A DNA stretch of 64,000 nucleotides from an uncultured Planctomycetota bacterium (GCA_963849325.1 CAWKHF010000008.1:190609-254608); one strand, 5' to 3'. Counted from the first letter of the stretch, positions 37,206-49,534 are shown. Notes: generated from the sequence alone by a model not told the origin. Translations and numbers: made by a program.

Positions 37206-39875
37206 ATGAACCTGTTCCCCTCCGCCCTGCCGATGCTGGCGGCGAGTTGCCTGGTCCTGGGTCTGCTCGTGGTCTATGTTCGCGGCCGGCGTCCAGCGCG
37301 GAAGCGCGGCTTCGTCGAAATCTCGCCTCGCTATCGTTCGTTCTTCCGTCAGCACGGCCTGACCGACGCCGAGCACTTCCTGGGTCTGCCCGGCGAAGTG
37401 CCGCACATCGTCAGCGGCCATCCGGATCGACACGTCGCGCGTATGCAACTGGGCACGGGACCGCGGCGCTGGACGGCGTTCCTGAAATGCGAACATCGCG
37501 TCACCTGGCGGACGCGGCTGCGGCACGCCCTGGGCGGCTTCGGTTTCCGGTCGCGGTCGCTGCGCAAGGCGCGGACGCTGCAAGCGCTCGGACGCGAGGG
37601 CATGCCCGGTCCGGAATGGCTGGCCGCCGGCGAGGATGGCCGGGGACGGGCGTTCGTCTTGGTGCGCGAGGTGGCCGGCGTGGAGTTGCGGGCCGTCCTG
37701 CGTGCGGAGAAAGACTCGGCCCGGCGCCGGCGGATCGCCCGCAACCTGGGCGCCGCTCTGGCCCGGCTGCACGGCGCCGGTTTCCGCCATCCCGATCTGT
37801 ACGCCAATCACGTCTTTGTCGATCAGCGACGATTCGGTCCACGTACTCGACTGGCAGCGCTCCCGGCTAACTCCGACGCTCGCCTGGCGCGAGCGTGGCC
37901 GCGATCTGGCCGCCCTGCACGCGACGCTCGACGATACGCTGGCCACGCCGCGCGAACGTCTGATCTGTCTGCGTGCGTACAGCCAGGTCATTCGCTCTGC
38001 GATCTCCTGGCGTCGTGCCGCGGCGGGAATCGAGGGACAAGCGCGGCGTTTGCTGGGACGGCGGCACATCCGCGAGAAGCGACAGCCGCCGGCGCAGCCG
38101 CAGGCGTGGATTTGCCTGGACGGCGAGGCCCTGTGCGTGACGCCGGTCATGCGACAGCGCTGCGAAGGAGATATCCAAGAGTGGTTTCATCATCTTATGA
38201 ATGAACGCATCGCGCGGGGAAAAAGGCCGGCCGACGACGGGCTGCTCCGGCGCTGGCCGGCGCTGCCGGATGCCGCCCGCGTTCGGCTCGTGCGGCGGCG
38301 CGAACACGAATCGCTCGCCGCCTTCCGCCGACGGTGGCCGCGCGGTTCGTTCCACTCGCCGGAGCAGCGACAGGCGGCCTTGCTCTTGCGTCTTCAGCGG
38401 CATGGCGTGGCGGCACCGCAAGTGCTCGCCCTGGGACGGCGGACGGACGCTCATGGTCAGGTCGAATCGTTCCTGCTCACCGAACCGCTGAGCGATACAT
38501 GCAGCCTGGAAGCGTGGCTGGCCTGTCAGATGCGCCGCCGGGCGACGCGGGCCGGACAGATGCGGCGCTGGTCGGTGCTGCGTCAGGCGGGAGCGCTGCT
38601 TCGTCGCCTGCACGAGGCGAGCTGCTATCTCGACATCGGCTCGGCCGGTTGCGGCCTGGCCGTGCGCCGGACGGGCGCGAAGCGACGGTCGTGCTGGAAG
38701 GCGTGGAGACTGTGACGCCGCGCCGGCGCCGGCAACCCCGGCGAGCGGCGGCCGGGACGTCCGGCGCATGCAGCAGATCTTGCACGCCGCCGGTTGCAGC
38801 CGTACCGATCTGTGTCGCTTCCGCGCCGGCTATCGTCAGGCCGATGCGAACGGAGGGCATCAGCGAGCGGGGGGCATAAACTCCGTGTTGGAAGCAACAG
38901 GGGGCTTACGCCCCCCGCTCGCCATTTGGGAAACAACTCGTAATCGGCCCGAGCAGACGGCGCCGGAACCGGGTTCGTGGTGGCGACGGTTGCGGTACGG
39001 CGTTCGCTCGGCTGCGCCAGCGTCCGGACTGGCCGCGGTTCGCCGGACCCGACTGGGCCGATCGCATCATGGACGTGGCCGTCACCGATCGCTTCCATCG
39101 CCAAGCAGGGCCGCTCGACCGGCCGCTGGATCCTGCACGCGGCCGGCGACCGGCGCGTCGCGGCGGCTGTCGGTGTACCTGAAACGGCATTACGAGCTGC
39201 CCTGGTGGCACGGCGTGCTGGCGACGCTGTGGCCCGGGCGCGGCTGGTCGCCGGCCTTGCAGGAATGGCGACACCTGGAATGGGCGCGGCGGCAGGGCGT
39301 GCCCGTGCCGGAGGCGGTCGCCGCCGCCGAGTACATCGGACCCTGGGGCCGCCTGCGCAGCTTTCTCGCCGTCGAGGAGCTGGCCGGCATGTTGCCGTTG
39401 CACGAGGCCATCCCGCTCGCCGCCGTTCGCCAGGACGCCGCCGCCTTCCGGCACTGGAAGCGTAGCTTGGTGGCCGAGATGGCCCGCCTGGTCCGCATGC
39501 TGCACGACCGCCGCTGCTTCCACAAGGACCTGTACCTCTGCCATTTCTTCATCGCCCGCGACGGACACGCGGGCCGTCCCGCCCGAGGGCTGGCGCGGCC
39601 GCGTCTACCTGATCGACCTGCACCGCCTCGGCCATCACTCGTGGACCTGGCGGATGTGGCAGACGAAAGACCTCGCTCAACTCCTTTATTCCTCCGAGAT
39701 CGTCGGCGTGGACGCGCGCGACCGCCTGGCGTTCTGGCGCGCCTATCGCGGCGCCGGGCCGCGTCGCCCGGACAGCCGTTGGCTCCGCCGCTTCGTCCTG
39801 TTCAAATGGCGGCGCTACCGCCAACACAACGCACGCAACCAGCAAAGGAGGCAGGATGCGCAAGGAGCGACGTGA
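37206..39875 (+). CDS. Multi-domain LPS kinase (WaaP/Kdo/InaA family), frameshifted
   Basis: Domain 1 has HPDLYANH..LDW. A degenerate middle domain follows. Domain 3 has YLKRH, EW..L, HKDLYLCHF, IDLHR and KDLAQL. Could be two genes. Confidence 0.78.
38863..38922. repeat. REP-like palindrome family C inside kinase coding region
   Basis: GCGAGCGGGGGGC..TGTTGGAAGCAACAGGGGGCT..GCCCCCCGCTCGC, homologous to 52750-52811. Confidence 0.85.
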
Positions 39876-40069
39876 TCTTTCGCGGGGTGAAGTGATCTTG
39901 ACCTTCGATTGCGGATAGGAGATAGCCGTCCCTCCCGCGACTCGACCGGACAGGCGGACACCCCCATTGCGGCGGATCGCCACGCGCGACGGCGTGCCGG
40001 GCTGGGGAGGCGGGTGCTGGTCGGGAGCCGAAGGGGATCGGTCTCGGCCGGGGAGGGGGGCCAAGCGAC

Positions 40070-41236
40070 ATGAACATCGCATTCTGTTATGAAAGTGTGT
40101 TGCCCAGTCGGGGCGGATGCGAGACCTACATCGCCGGCCTGGCGCGGCGACTGGTGGCGGACGGCCACGACGTCCACCTGTATGCGCGGCGATGGGATGC
40201 GTCCGCATTGCCGGCGGCGCTGCACATCCATCGCGTCAACGTGCCGCACGTCCCGCGTTTCCTGCGGCCGTGGTTCTTCGGAGCCGCCTGCCGCCGTGCC
40301 CTGGCGGCGGCCAACCATCAGGTCACGGTCGGCTTCGACAAGATCGCCGGACTCGACGTCCTCTATCCGCAGGGCGGCCTGTACGCCGCCACGGTCGAGC
40401 ACAATCTCCTCAAGTACCGCCGTCCGCTGACGCGCCGCCTGGTCCGCCTGCTCAAGCTCATCGATCCGGCCCATCGCTCGTTCCTGGCCCTGGACCGCCA
40501 TCAATATCAGCGCCAGCCGCTGCTCGTCGTCGCCATCAGCGACATGGTACGGCACCACTTCGAGCAGTATTACCAGCTCGACCCGGCCAACCTGCGCATG
40601 GTCCGCATCGCCATCGACCTGGACCGCTTCGACGAGTGCGATCGGCCGCGCCGCCGGCTGGAGTGGCGACAGCACTGGGGCCTGGCGCCGGAGCACACCG
40701 TCGCCCTGTTCGCGGGCATGAACTATCGTCTCAAGGGGCTGGAACCGCTGCTGCGCGCCGTCGCCCTCCTGCCGGCGGCGACGCCGTTCCGTCTGCTGGT
40801 GGCCGGCAGCCCGGACACGGCCGGCTTCGAGCGCCTGGCTCGCCGGCTGAAGATCGCCGACCGCGTCCGCTTCGCCGGCTACTGCCCCGACATGCGCAAC
40901 TGCTATTTCGCCGCCGATTTCTTCGTCCATCCGACCTTCTACGATCCGTGCTCGCTGGTCGTGCTGGAGGCGCTGGCCTGCGGTCTGCCGGTCATCACGT
41001 CGCGCTACAACGGCGCCGCCGAGGTGATGCATCCGCCGCGCGAGGGCTATGTCATCGACGATCCGCACAACCTCGACGAGTTGGTCGCCGCCCTGAAGCA
41101 GCTGCTCGACCCGGCCCGGCGCGCGGCCTGTGCCCAGGCGGCGCGGCGGACGGCGGCGCAATGGACCTTCGAGCATCACTATCGGCAGATGTTGGCGGTG
41201 TTCGCCGAGGCCGCCGCCCGCAAACACGCGGCCTGA
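40070..41236 (+). CDS. Glycosyltransferase family 4 (WaaG-like)
   Basis: GGCETY, LKGL and PTFYDPCSLVVLEALACGLPVITS motifs, within the LPS cluster. Confidence 0.9.
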   Translation: MNIAFCYESVLPSRGGCETYIAGLARRLVADGHDVHLYARRWDASALPAALHIHRVNVPHVPRFLRPWFFGAACRRALAAANHQVTVGFDKIAGLDVLYPQGGLYAATVEHNLLKYRRPLTRRLVRLLKLIDPAHRSFLALDRHQYQRQPLLVVAISDMVRHHFEQYYQLDPANLRMVRIAIDLDRFDECDRPRRRLEWRQHWGLAPEHTVALFAGMNYRLKGLEPLLRAVALLPAATPFRLLVAGSPDTAGFERLARRLKIADRVRFAGYCPDMRNCYFAADFFVHPTFYDPCSLVVLEALACGLPVITSRYNGAAEVMHPPREGYVIDDPHNLDELVAALKQLLDPARRAACAQAARRTAAQWTFEHHYRQMLAVFAEAAARKHAA

Positions 41237-41251
41237 AACAAGAATCCCTTT

Positions 41252-41316
41252 GTTTCGCCGCGACGCGCAGCGGAGCGCGGGACAGACCCGCGCTCCGCTG
41301 CGTGTCGCGGCGAAAC
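41252..41316. repeat. REP-like palindrome family B, copy 1
   Basis: GTTTCGCCGCGACGCGCAGCGGAGCGCG arms. Second copy at 53928. Confidence 0.9.
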
Positions 41317-41347
41317 GAACAACGGATTAGGGAGGAGTCCTGACCGC

Positions 41348-42277
41348 ATGGATTGGATCGCCGGCATCGGAGATTACTGGCTCAACACGCTGGAATGGGT
41401 GGCAGGGCTGACGCTCGCCTTCGGCGTCCTGGTTCGTCTGATGCCCTGCAATCCCGGCATGTACTGGTGGAAAGACCTGCGCGGCGCGGCCACGGATTTC
41501 CTGTACTGGTTTATCGTGCCGTTGTTCCTGCATCTAGGCCGGACGCTGATGCTGATGGCGGGAGTGAGACTTCTGTTCGGCGGCCGCGATCCGCGGCCCT
41601 TGCCGGTGAGAGAACTGCCACTGTGGCTGCAAGTCGTGGCGATCCTGCTCCTCCAGGACGTTCTGCTCTACGCGATCCACCGTCTCTTCCACACGCGCCT
41701 GGCCTGGAAAATCCACGCCATCCACCATTCGCCGAAAGTGCTGGACTGGATGTCCACTGCGCGCTTTCATCCGCTCAACAACCTGCTGGCGTTCACCCTG
41801 GCGGACGTCGTCGTCTTGCTGCTGGGCTTCGCGCCGGCCGCGCTTTTGGTCCTGGCGCCGTTCAACTTGATTTATTCCGCCATGACGCACGCCAACCTGA
41901 ACTGGACGTTCGGGTCGCTGCGCCACGTTTTCGCCAGCCCCGTGTTCCACCGCTGGCACCACACCACGCAGGAGGAAGGACTCGACAAAAACTTCGCCTC
42001 GACCTTCCCCTTCCTCGACGTGATGTTCGGCACGTTCTACATGCCGCCGGGCCAGCTGCCGGAGCAGTTCGGCAACGGCGAGCCGGATTTCCCCGAGGAT
42101 TTCTGGGGGCAACTGTTGCACCCCTTCCGGAAAACAGAGCAAGCGAAATCTTCCGCCTCCGCCGGCGACAGCGGATCGGGGGGCCGCCTGATCGAATCGA
42201 CTACCTATCTCTCATGGAGGATACGCCCATGCCTTTCCGATCGTGGCGTCGCGTCCTCGGCATCGCCATCGCCCTGA
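41348..42277 (+). CDS. Sterol desaturase / fatty acid hydroxylase family protein
   Basis: HRLFH, HAIHHS, RFHP, HAN and HRWHH..KNF motifs. Confidence 0.9.
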   Translation: MDWIAGIGDYWLNTLEWVAGLTLAFGVLVRLMPCNPGMYWWKDLRGAATDFLYWFIVPLFLHLGRTLMLMAGVRLLFGGRDPRPLPVRELPLWLQVVAILLLQDVLLYAIHRLFHTRLAWKIHAIHHSPKVLDWMSTARFHPLNNLLAFTLADVVVLLLGFAPAALLVLAPFNLIYSAMTHANLNWTFGSLRHVFASPVFHRWHHTTQEEGLDKNFASTFPFLDVMFGTFYMPPGQLPEQFGNGEPDFPEDFWGQLLHPFRKTEQAKSSASAGDSGSGGRLIESTTYLSWRIRPCLSDRGVASSASPSP

Positions 42278-43362
42278 CGGTGATCGCGGGCGCGGTGTTC
42301 AGCGCCGTTCGCGGTCACACGGCTCGGAAGCGGGATCAGTATCTCAGCCGGGGGCTGGGATATTTCAACGCCCGCGAGAACGACCGAGCCATCGCCGAGT
42401 ACACGGAGGCCCTCCATCTCGACCCGAAGTGCGCCCTCGCCTACGCCAACCGCGCCTCGGCGTACTTCAACCAGGGGGAGATGGAGCACGCCATCGCCGA
42501 CTGCGACCGGGCCGTCGAGCTGGACCCGAACCTGCCCCTCGCCTTCGCCAATCGCGGCGGCGCCTATCTCAACCGCGGCGAACTCGAACGCGCCATCGCC
42601 GACTGCAACCGGGCCATCGAGTTGGACCCGAACTCGGCCCTGGCCCACGCCAATCGCGGTGCCGCCCATCTCAACCAGGGCGACTTCGACCAGGCCATCG
42701 CCGACAGCAATCGCGCGATCGAGCTGGACCCGCAGTCGGCCCTGGCCTATGCCAACCGTGGGGCCGCCTACTTCAACAAGGGCGACCTGGATCAGACCAT
42801 CGCGGATTGCGGCCAGGCGCTGACGTGCGATCCGAACCTGGCCCTGGCCCATCTCAACCGGGCCGCCGCCTTTCTCGCCAAGAGCGACACCGACCGCGCC
42901 ATCTGGGACTGCGACCAGGCCCTGCGTCTGAATCCGAACCTGGCCCGCGCCTACGTCGTTCGCGGCAACGCCCGCGCCAATCGCGGCGAGGAGCAGCTGG
43001 CCATCGAGGACGCCAGCGAGGCCATCCGCTGCGATCCGAACCTGGCCGTGGCCTACGCCAACCGCGCCATCGCCTATTTCCGCCTCGGCGACTCCGAAAA
43101 AGCCCTGCAAGATTTCAACCGGGCGATCGAGCGGGAGCCGCGCTTGGCGCCGGCCTACGCCTACCGCAGCGCAATCGCCCTCAGCCGGGGGAATTGCAAA
43201 GAGGTCATCGCCGATTGCACTCGCGCTCTGGAACTCGATCCGCGATTGGCCCTGGCCTACTGGAATCGCGGGCTGGCCTATGCGTGGCAGGGCGACCGCC
43301 AGCGGGCACAGGCCGACCAGAAGAAGGCCGTTGAGTTGGACCCCTCTCTTCGCGCCCAGTGA
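42229..43362 (+). CDS. TPR repeat protein with N-terminal TM segment
   Basis: About nine 34-aa A(Y/F/H)ANRG..AIADC.RAIELDP repeats. Confidence 0.9.
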   Translation: MPFRSWRRVLGIAIALTVIAGAVFSAVRGHTARKRDQYLSRGLGYFNARENDRAIAEYTEALHLDPKCALAYANRASAYFNQGEMEHAIADCDRAVELDPNLPLAFANRGGAYLNRGELERAIADCNRAIELDPNSALAHANRGAAHLNQGDFDQAIADSNRAIELDPQSALAYANRGAAYFNKGDLDQTIADCGQALTCDPNLALAHLNRAAAFLAKSDTDRAIWDCDQALRLNPNLARAYVVRGNARANRGEEQLAIEDASEAIRCDPNLAVAYANRAIAYFRLGDSEKALQDFNRAIEREPRLAPAYAYRSAIALSRGNCKEVIADCTRALELDPRLALAYWNRGLAYAWQGDRQRAQADQKKAVELDPSLRAQ

Positions 43363-43377
43363 TGCGTCGCTCCGTCG

Positions 43378-43446
43378 GAGCCTGAAGCGTAAGCGAAGAG
43401 AGCGGCAACCGAAGGTTGCCGCTCTCTTCGCTTACGCTTCAGGCTC
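43378..43446. repeat. REP-like palindrome family A, copy 4
   Basis: Extended perfect hairpin between convergent genes. Confidence 0.95.
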
Positions 43447-43457
43447 GGATCGTCAAC

Positions 43458-45596
43458 TTACGGCAGTACCACCAGCGTCAGCGGCCGGGACGGCTGTGTG
43501 ACGAGGGTGTTCGACTTCTGCTTGGCGGCGGGGTCTTTGCTGTACGGCACCTGGGCCTGGCCGATCACCGCCACGGTGTACTCGCCGGGTTTGGCGCCGG
43601 GCTGCACCTCGATCGGGACCGTGACCTCGCTTTTGTCCGCCGTGACCTGCACGTTGCTCATGCGGAAGGGGCCGGAGAGTGACAACGGCAAGACAGTTAC
43701 CGCGTTCTTGCAGTCCGGCCATAGCCGGTCCACGTGCAGTTTCAGTTCGACCTTGCTCTTGGCCTTCACTTCCAGGCGTTCGCTGGCGAAGCGCACGGCG
43801 AACGGGGCCGACTCGCGGACGGCCAGCATCAGCTCGCGCATCGGCCGGCTGGAACTCAGGTTGGCCTGCGCCCATACGCGCGTGTAGGGCCGGACCTCGT
43901 GTCGCAGGGTGGCGTCGCCGACCTTGGCCGTGGCGACGAGCTTGACCGGGCCGGCCCAGTCGCGGGCATCGGTGTCGGCCCACAAGACGAACGTGCCGCG
44001 ACTGTCGCGGATCGTCGTCGGCCGGGCATGCACACCGGGCGGCAGTCCCTCGGCAGTCAGCGTGATTGGACCACTAAACCCCTCTTTGTAGTGGATAATC
44101 ACGTCGAGGTAGGTTGCCCCGCCGCGACGGACGCTGGCGCCGGCGGGTCCGGGGTTCTGGTGATGGATGGCGGCGGCGTAGAAGTCCGGCCTCGGCTTGC
44201 GGACCACCAGTACGTACTGCGAACGCGGCTCCGCCGCGGCGGTAGCGGTCCTGCACCAGCACGCGATAACGTCGCTTGCCCGTCAGGTTCACCACGCCGG
44301 AAGGGTCGCGCAGATGGCCGTCGAAGGCATTCATGCGCTGGCCGAAATCGTCCAGTTCGGTCACGCGGTTGCCCTTGTCGTCCAGGACGACGAGATACGG
44401 ATCGGCCCGGCCGGCGATGCGCTCGCAGTACACTTCCAGGGCGAACAGCCCATTCTCCGGCACCTCGAATTCGTACCAGTCGGCGTCGCGCTCGCGGTCG
44501 AATCGGCCGCTGACCACGGCCGGCAGCTGGATCGTCTGCGGCTTGCTCGGATCGTCGTTCGGCTCGACTTCGACTGTCACCGGGGTGTCCACGACGAGCA
44601 GCGGCACCGCATTGGCGGGTACACCGCCAGGATGCGGCTGGAACTGGAAGCCGGTCAGCGTGCAGGTCGCCGCCGTCGGCAGGACGCTGTGAGTGGTCGG
44701 ATGCTCGAAGAAGCGGTACGCCCCCTGTGCCGGCAGGTCCGCCGGCGCCGTGACGGACTCCGAGTATTCCTCCAGCGGCAGATCCTGGACGCGCCAGGAG
44801 GACGGCTTCGCGCCGCGCCCAGGTTGCGGCCATAGACGGTGATGGCCGTCGGCCGGCCCGCCTGCACGGCGCGCGGAAAGACGTTCTCGACCTGCGGGCG
44901 GTCGGAGACAACGAGGCGGTAGGGCTGGCCGCCACGGAACGACAGGTCGTGGACATGGACCAGGTAATCGCCGTCGTGCGGAGCGACGAAATCAACGAGC
45001 GGATCGCGGCCATGGTAATCGCTATTGGAGGCGAGTTGTTTGCCGTCGGCGGCGTTGAGCGTCAGCGTCGCGTCCATCTGCGAATCGAGCTTGCCGGCCT
45101 GGCACTCGATCACCACGCGCTGGCCCTTGCGAGCGGCGAAGCGGAAAACGTCCTCGCGGTTGCCGTCGGACATGCCGTTGACGGCGGAATTGACGGCGAT
45201 CGACTGGGCCGTGGCCGCGTCGTCGTTCGGCTCTTTCTCCGCCACTTCCGTCAGCCCATGCGACACGGCGAGCAGTCGCGGGTTGCTGACGCCGAAGCGT
45301 CCCACAAGCCACACGTCATACGTCCCTTCCGGCACGTCTGCGGCGACGGTGACACGGAAGCGGCGGTCTTTGAGATGTTCGGCCTTGAGTCCGGGATGGT
45401 CGAAAAGAAGTGTTTTGACATCCTCGATATCCGCGCCAGCGATTTCAACTTCCACTGGCGCGCCGGCGGAGGCGCCGAGCGGCGTCAGGCGGTCGAAGCG
45501 CGGCGAGGGCAACTCGGCCGGCGAAGGTCGGGCGAAAAATGTCCAGGCGAGGAACACGACGACAAAGGCGCGAGGCGAAAGACACGCGGACGGCAT
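43458..45596 (-). CDS. PPC (pre-peptidase C-terminal) repeat protein, frameshifted
   Basis: Signal peptide, EKEPNDD/EVEPNDD and D.D.F.F motifs. Follows DUF1501. Confidence 0.85.
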
Positions 45597-45643
45597 GAAG
45601 AAATCCTCTTTCGCTGCTCATTTCTCACGATGACCATGTAACA

Positions 45644-45696
45644 AGCCCGGAGCGTCCGCGACGGGTTACAAGAACCCGTCGCGGACGCTCCGGGCT
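45644..45696. repeat. REP-like palindrome (AGCCCGGAGCGTCCGCGACGGG type)
   Basis: Perfect inverted arms with a short loop. Confidence 0.9.
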
Positions 45697-45705
45697 AGTC
45701 TCGTT

Positions 45706-47045
45706 TCACCCGACCAGATCCTCAATCGGCTCGCCTTCGTTGAGGATCGGCAGCGGCCGCTGGGCCTGGTCGTAGAAGGCGTGGTGGTAGTCGATGCCGA
45801 GGACGTGGTACATGGTGGACAGCACGCAGCCGGGCGTGGCCGGCTTGCTGGTGGGGTACTCGGCCTTGCGTCGGTGGTGCCGATGGCCTGGCCCATCTTC
45901 AGGCCGCCGCCGGCGTACAGGATCGACATGGCCCCCGGCCAGTGGTCGCGGCCGGCCTGCGGGTTGATGCGCGGCGTCCGGCCGAACTCGCCCATCGCCA
46001 TCACCAGCACGTCGTTTTGCAGGCCGCGGTCGTACAGGTCGCTCGACCAGGGCGGCGACGGCCTGGTCGTACTTGCGGCAGCAGGTTGACCTTGAGCTGC
46101 TTGAAGTTGTCGCCGTGCGTGTCCCAGCCGCCGCCGGCCTGGATGGTCACGAACGTCACGCCCGCCTCGACCAGCCGCCGGGCCAGCAGGCAGCACTGGC
46201 CCAGGTCGTTGCGGCCGTAGCTGGTCGCGCAGCTTGTCCGGTTCCTTGCTGGACGTCGAACGCCTGTTGCGCCTTGGTGTTCGTGACCATCTCCAGGGCG
46301 TCGCGGTAGAACGTGTCCAGTCCCTGCGATGTCGCCGCGCGTGTCGATGTCGCGGCGGATCTGTGTCGAGGTCTTGCAGCAGCTCGCGGCGCCGTCCCAG
46401 CCGCGACGCATCGACGCGGCCGGGCAGCTTCAGGTTGCGCACCTGGAAGCCGGGCGAGTTGGGGTCGCTGTCCGGCGCGAAGGGGTTGTACGAGGCGCCG
46501 AGGTAGGCCGCCTTGCCCAGGCTGAGGATGCGCGGCAGGTTGACGTAGGCGGGCAGGCCCGGCTCGTTGGGGCCGCGCATCTGGGCCACGACCGAGCCGC
46601 ACGACGGGATAGATGTTGTCGTTGACCTCGATGGTCGGCTGATAGCCGGTCAGCATCCAGTGCGCGCCCATGCCGTGGCCGGCGTTGGTGTGGTAGGCGG
46701 AGCGGACGATGGCCAGCTTGTCCATGATGCGGGCCTGGTGCGGCAGGTGCTCGCCGATCACGGATGCCGGGCACGTTGGTCGGCGATCGGCTTGAACTCG
46801 CCGCGGAACTCGGCCGGGGCGCTCGGCTTGAGGTCGTACATGTCGATGTGGCTCGGTCCGCCCGCCAGCCAGAGCAGGATGACCGAGCGGCGTGGTGTGG
46901 CGGAGCCGGAGGCCGGTTGCGCGGCCCGCAGGCGCAGCAGGCCGGGCAGGGTCAGGCCGCCGAGGGCCAGGCTGCCGACCTTGAGGAACGTGCGGCGGCT
47001 GACGCCGTCACAAGTACGAGAACCACGTCCGATGAATTCCAGCAT
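45706..47045 (-). CDS. DUF1501 domain protein, frameshifted
   Basis: CDGVSRRTFL, WLAGGPSHIDMYDLKP, LLARRLVEAGV, WDTH and GEFGRTP..GRDHW motifs. Confidence 0.92.
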
Positions 47046-47084
47046 CGTCTTCCCCCTCGGTCAGCCGTTGGCGGCGGAACCGTA

Positions 47085-49534
47085 TCAATGGTTGAACATG
47101 AATTCCTTCGTGTTGACGATCGCCCACAACACATCTTCCAGCGCCTGCTGCTTGTTGTCCAGGCGGCCGACGTGCGCCAGGGTCCGCCGCCGTTCGTCGG
47201 CGCTGGGCGGACGCGAATAGGCGGTCAGGTACAGCTCCTCGATGATCTCCGGGATCGGCTTCTTCTCCTTGAGCAAGCGGGCGATTCGGCCGTTGCCGCC
47301 GCCGATCTTGTACTCGATCTCGTCCGAGTTGGCCAGCAGCAGCACCTGCGCCAGCGTCGCGCCGCTGGAGCGCTCGCACTCGCAGCCGCGTCACGCGCCG
47401 CGGCCGGTCGAACGTGTCGAGGAAGTACGAGCCGAACCCCTCGTGCGGCAGGTCCACGGCGCGGGCTTGGCGCTGACGCCGCTGAAACCGCCTTCGCGTG
47501 CCGGTCGCCTGGTTGACGGCGTCGAGGAACACCTCGGCCGATCATCCGCCGGGCGTAGTAGCGGGCGTAGTTCTGGCGGTCGTTGCTGGTTGTACGGCGT
47601 CGGCGTCGCGCGACAGCTGGTAGACGCGGCTGTTGAGATGGTGCGGATGACGTGCTTGACGTCGAACTTGTGGGCGACGAAGTCGCTGGGCCAGGGCGTC
47701 GAGCAGCTCGGGGTTGGACGGCGGGTTCGTCTCGCGCAGGTCGTCCACTCGTGATCGACCAGGCCGCGGCCGAGGAAGTGGCCCCACATGCGGTTGACCA
47801 GGGCGCGGGCGAAGAACGGGTTGTCCGGCCGGGCCATCCAGTCCACCAGCGCGTGCCGCGGGTCTTCCTCCGGGCGTGAACTTGGCGACCGGGCCGTCGA
47901 GGTACTTCGGCTCGGGCGTCTTGCCGGTCAGCGGGTCTTTCTCGCCGGTGGTGACGTTGGCGGCGGCGTAGTACGGCGGCGGCTCGCCGAAGCTCTTGCG
48001 GCCCAGGCGCGTGAAGAAGCCGGCCAGGCCGTAGTAGTCCTCCTGGCCCCAGCGCTCGTAGGGATGGTGGTGGCACTTGGCGCACTGCAGACGCACGCCG
48101 AGGAAGACCTGGGCCGTGTCGGCGGTCGACCTGGTGCAGCTGGTCGTCGCGGCTCTGCCAGTACCAGTTGATCGCCGGCGCGTCCTGCCACTCGCCGGCC
48201 GCCGCCACGATGCCGCGCACGAACTCGTCGTAGGGCCGGTTGCGGGCGATCATGTCCTTGAGCCAGTCGTGGAAGGCGTAGGCCGCCTGCGTCGGCGCCG
48301 GCCAGGTTCGAGTTGCGCAGGATGCTGCCCCAGCGCAGGGCGAAATAGGCCGGGTAGTCCGGTGAGTCGAGCAGACGGTCGATCAGCCTGGCCCGCTTGT
48401 CGGCGGCGGTGTCGGCCAGGAAGGCGCGGGCCTCGGCCGGGGTCGGCAGCCGGCCGCACAGGTCGAGGGTGACGCGGCGGAGGAACGTCGCCGTCGTCGC
48501 ACAGGTCGGCGAGGGCCGCAGGCCGAGCTTCTTCCACTTGGCCAGGGCCAGCTCGTCGATGTAGTTGGCGGGCTGGAAGTCGGGGATGGTCGTCAGCGGC
48601 TCGCCGAGCGGCACGAGCGCCCGGAAGACGGCGACCTGTCCCAGGTAGCGGGCCATGATCGCCGCCTCGCCGCTCAGCGTCGAGGGTGCGGACCAGCCCG
48701 TCGGCGTCGACGCGCGGCGACGACGTCGAGGTTGCTCGGATACTGGGCCTGCCGGGTCACGTCGCGGACGCAGCCGTCGCTGTAGTCGGCGAGGACGGCG
48801 AGCTGCTGCGACTGCTCGCGCCGCAGGACGCGGTCGCTCGGCGTGATGCGGAGCTTGACGACGTGGGGAGCGTCGGGGGCCGAGGCCGGGCGTGCCGGCC
48901 GCGATCCAGCGGCGGAACAGCTGATATTCCTCGCCGTCGGCGCTGCAGGCGTCTGCCGCCGCCGTGCGGCACCTGCGCCGTCGCCTTGAGCAGCAGCAGG
49001 CTTCGATCGGGGGCGGCCGGGAAGACGCGCCGGCCGCGCGCCTCCTTGGCGATGGCGTCGTAATCGAAGGTCGGGTCGAAGCCGAAGAGCGAGAGCTTGA
49101 AGCCGTTCTGGCCGCTGGCCTTGCCGTGACAGCCGCCCGCGTTGCAGCCGAGGCGACTCAAGCAGCGGCACGATCTCCCGGCGGAAGTCCACCGGGCGAC
49201 CGGAGCCGAAACCGCTCACCTGCACGGGGATCTCGAGGCGGGCATCGCCGCGCAGGACACGGATGACCGCCGAGCCATCGCCGGTCGGCGTGGCGTATCC
49301 GGCGGCGTCCACGCGGACGACGGAGGGATTGCCGCTCTCGTAACGTGCGTCGCGCGTGACGTCCTGTCCGTCCGCGGAGACGAGTAATTGCCGGCCCGCG
49401 TAGGCGTCCTCGAACGAAAGGGCCGTGGGCGCGCAGATCAGCCCGCCGGCCCTGGCGCCGGAGGCGGCAGCCAGCACGATCAGGATGGCCGGCAGGACGC
49501 GGAGTGCGTTCGGTAAGGGGATGCTTGGCCTCAT
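47085..49534 (-). CDS. DUF1549/DUF1553 protein with Ig-like repeats, heavily frameshifted
   Basis: GCNAGGCHGKASGQNGFKLSLFG, FLRRVTLDLCGRLPT, CAKCHHHPYE, NPFFARALVNR.W and a terminal EFMFNH. Confidence 0.9.

Noticed and set aside
32237-39875. Programmed frameshifting or phase variation in LPS genes
   Set aside because: Shifts are numerous, not at evident slippery tracts, and equally frequent in unrelated genes.
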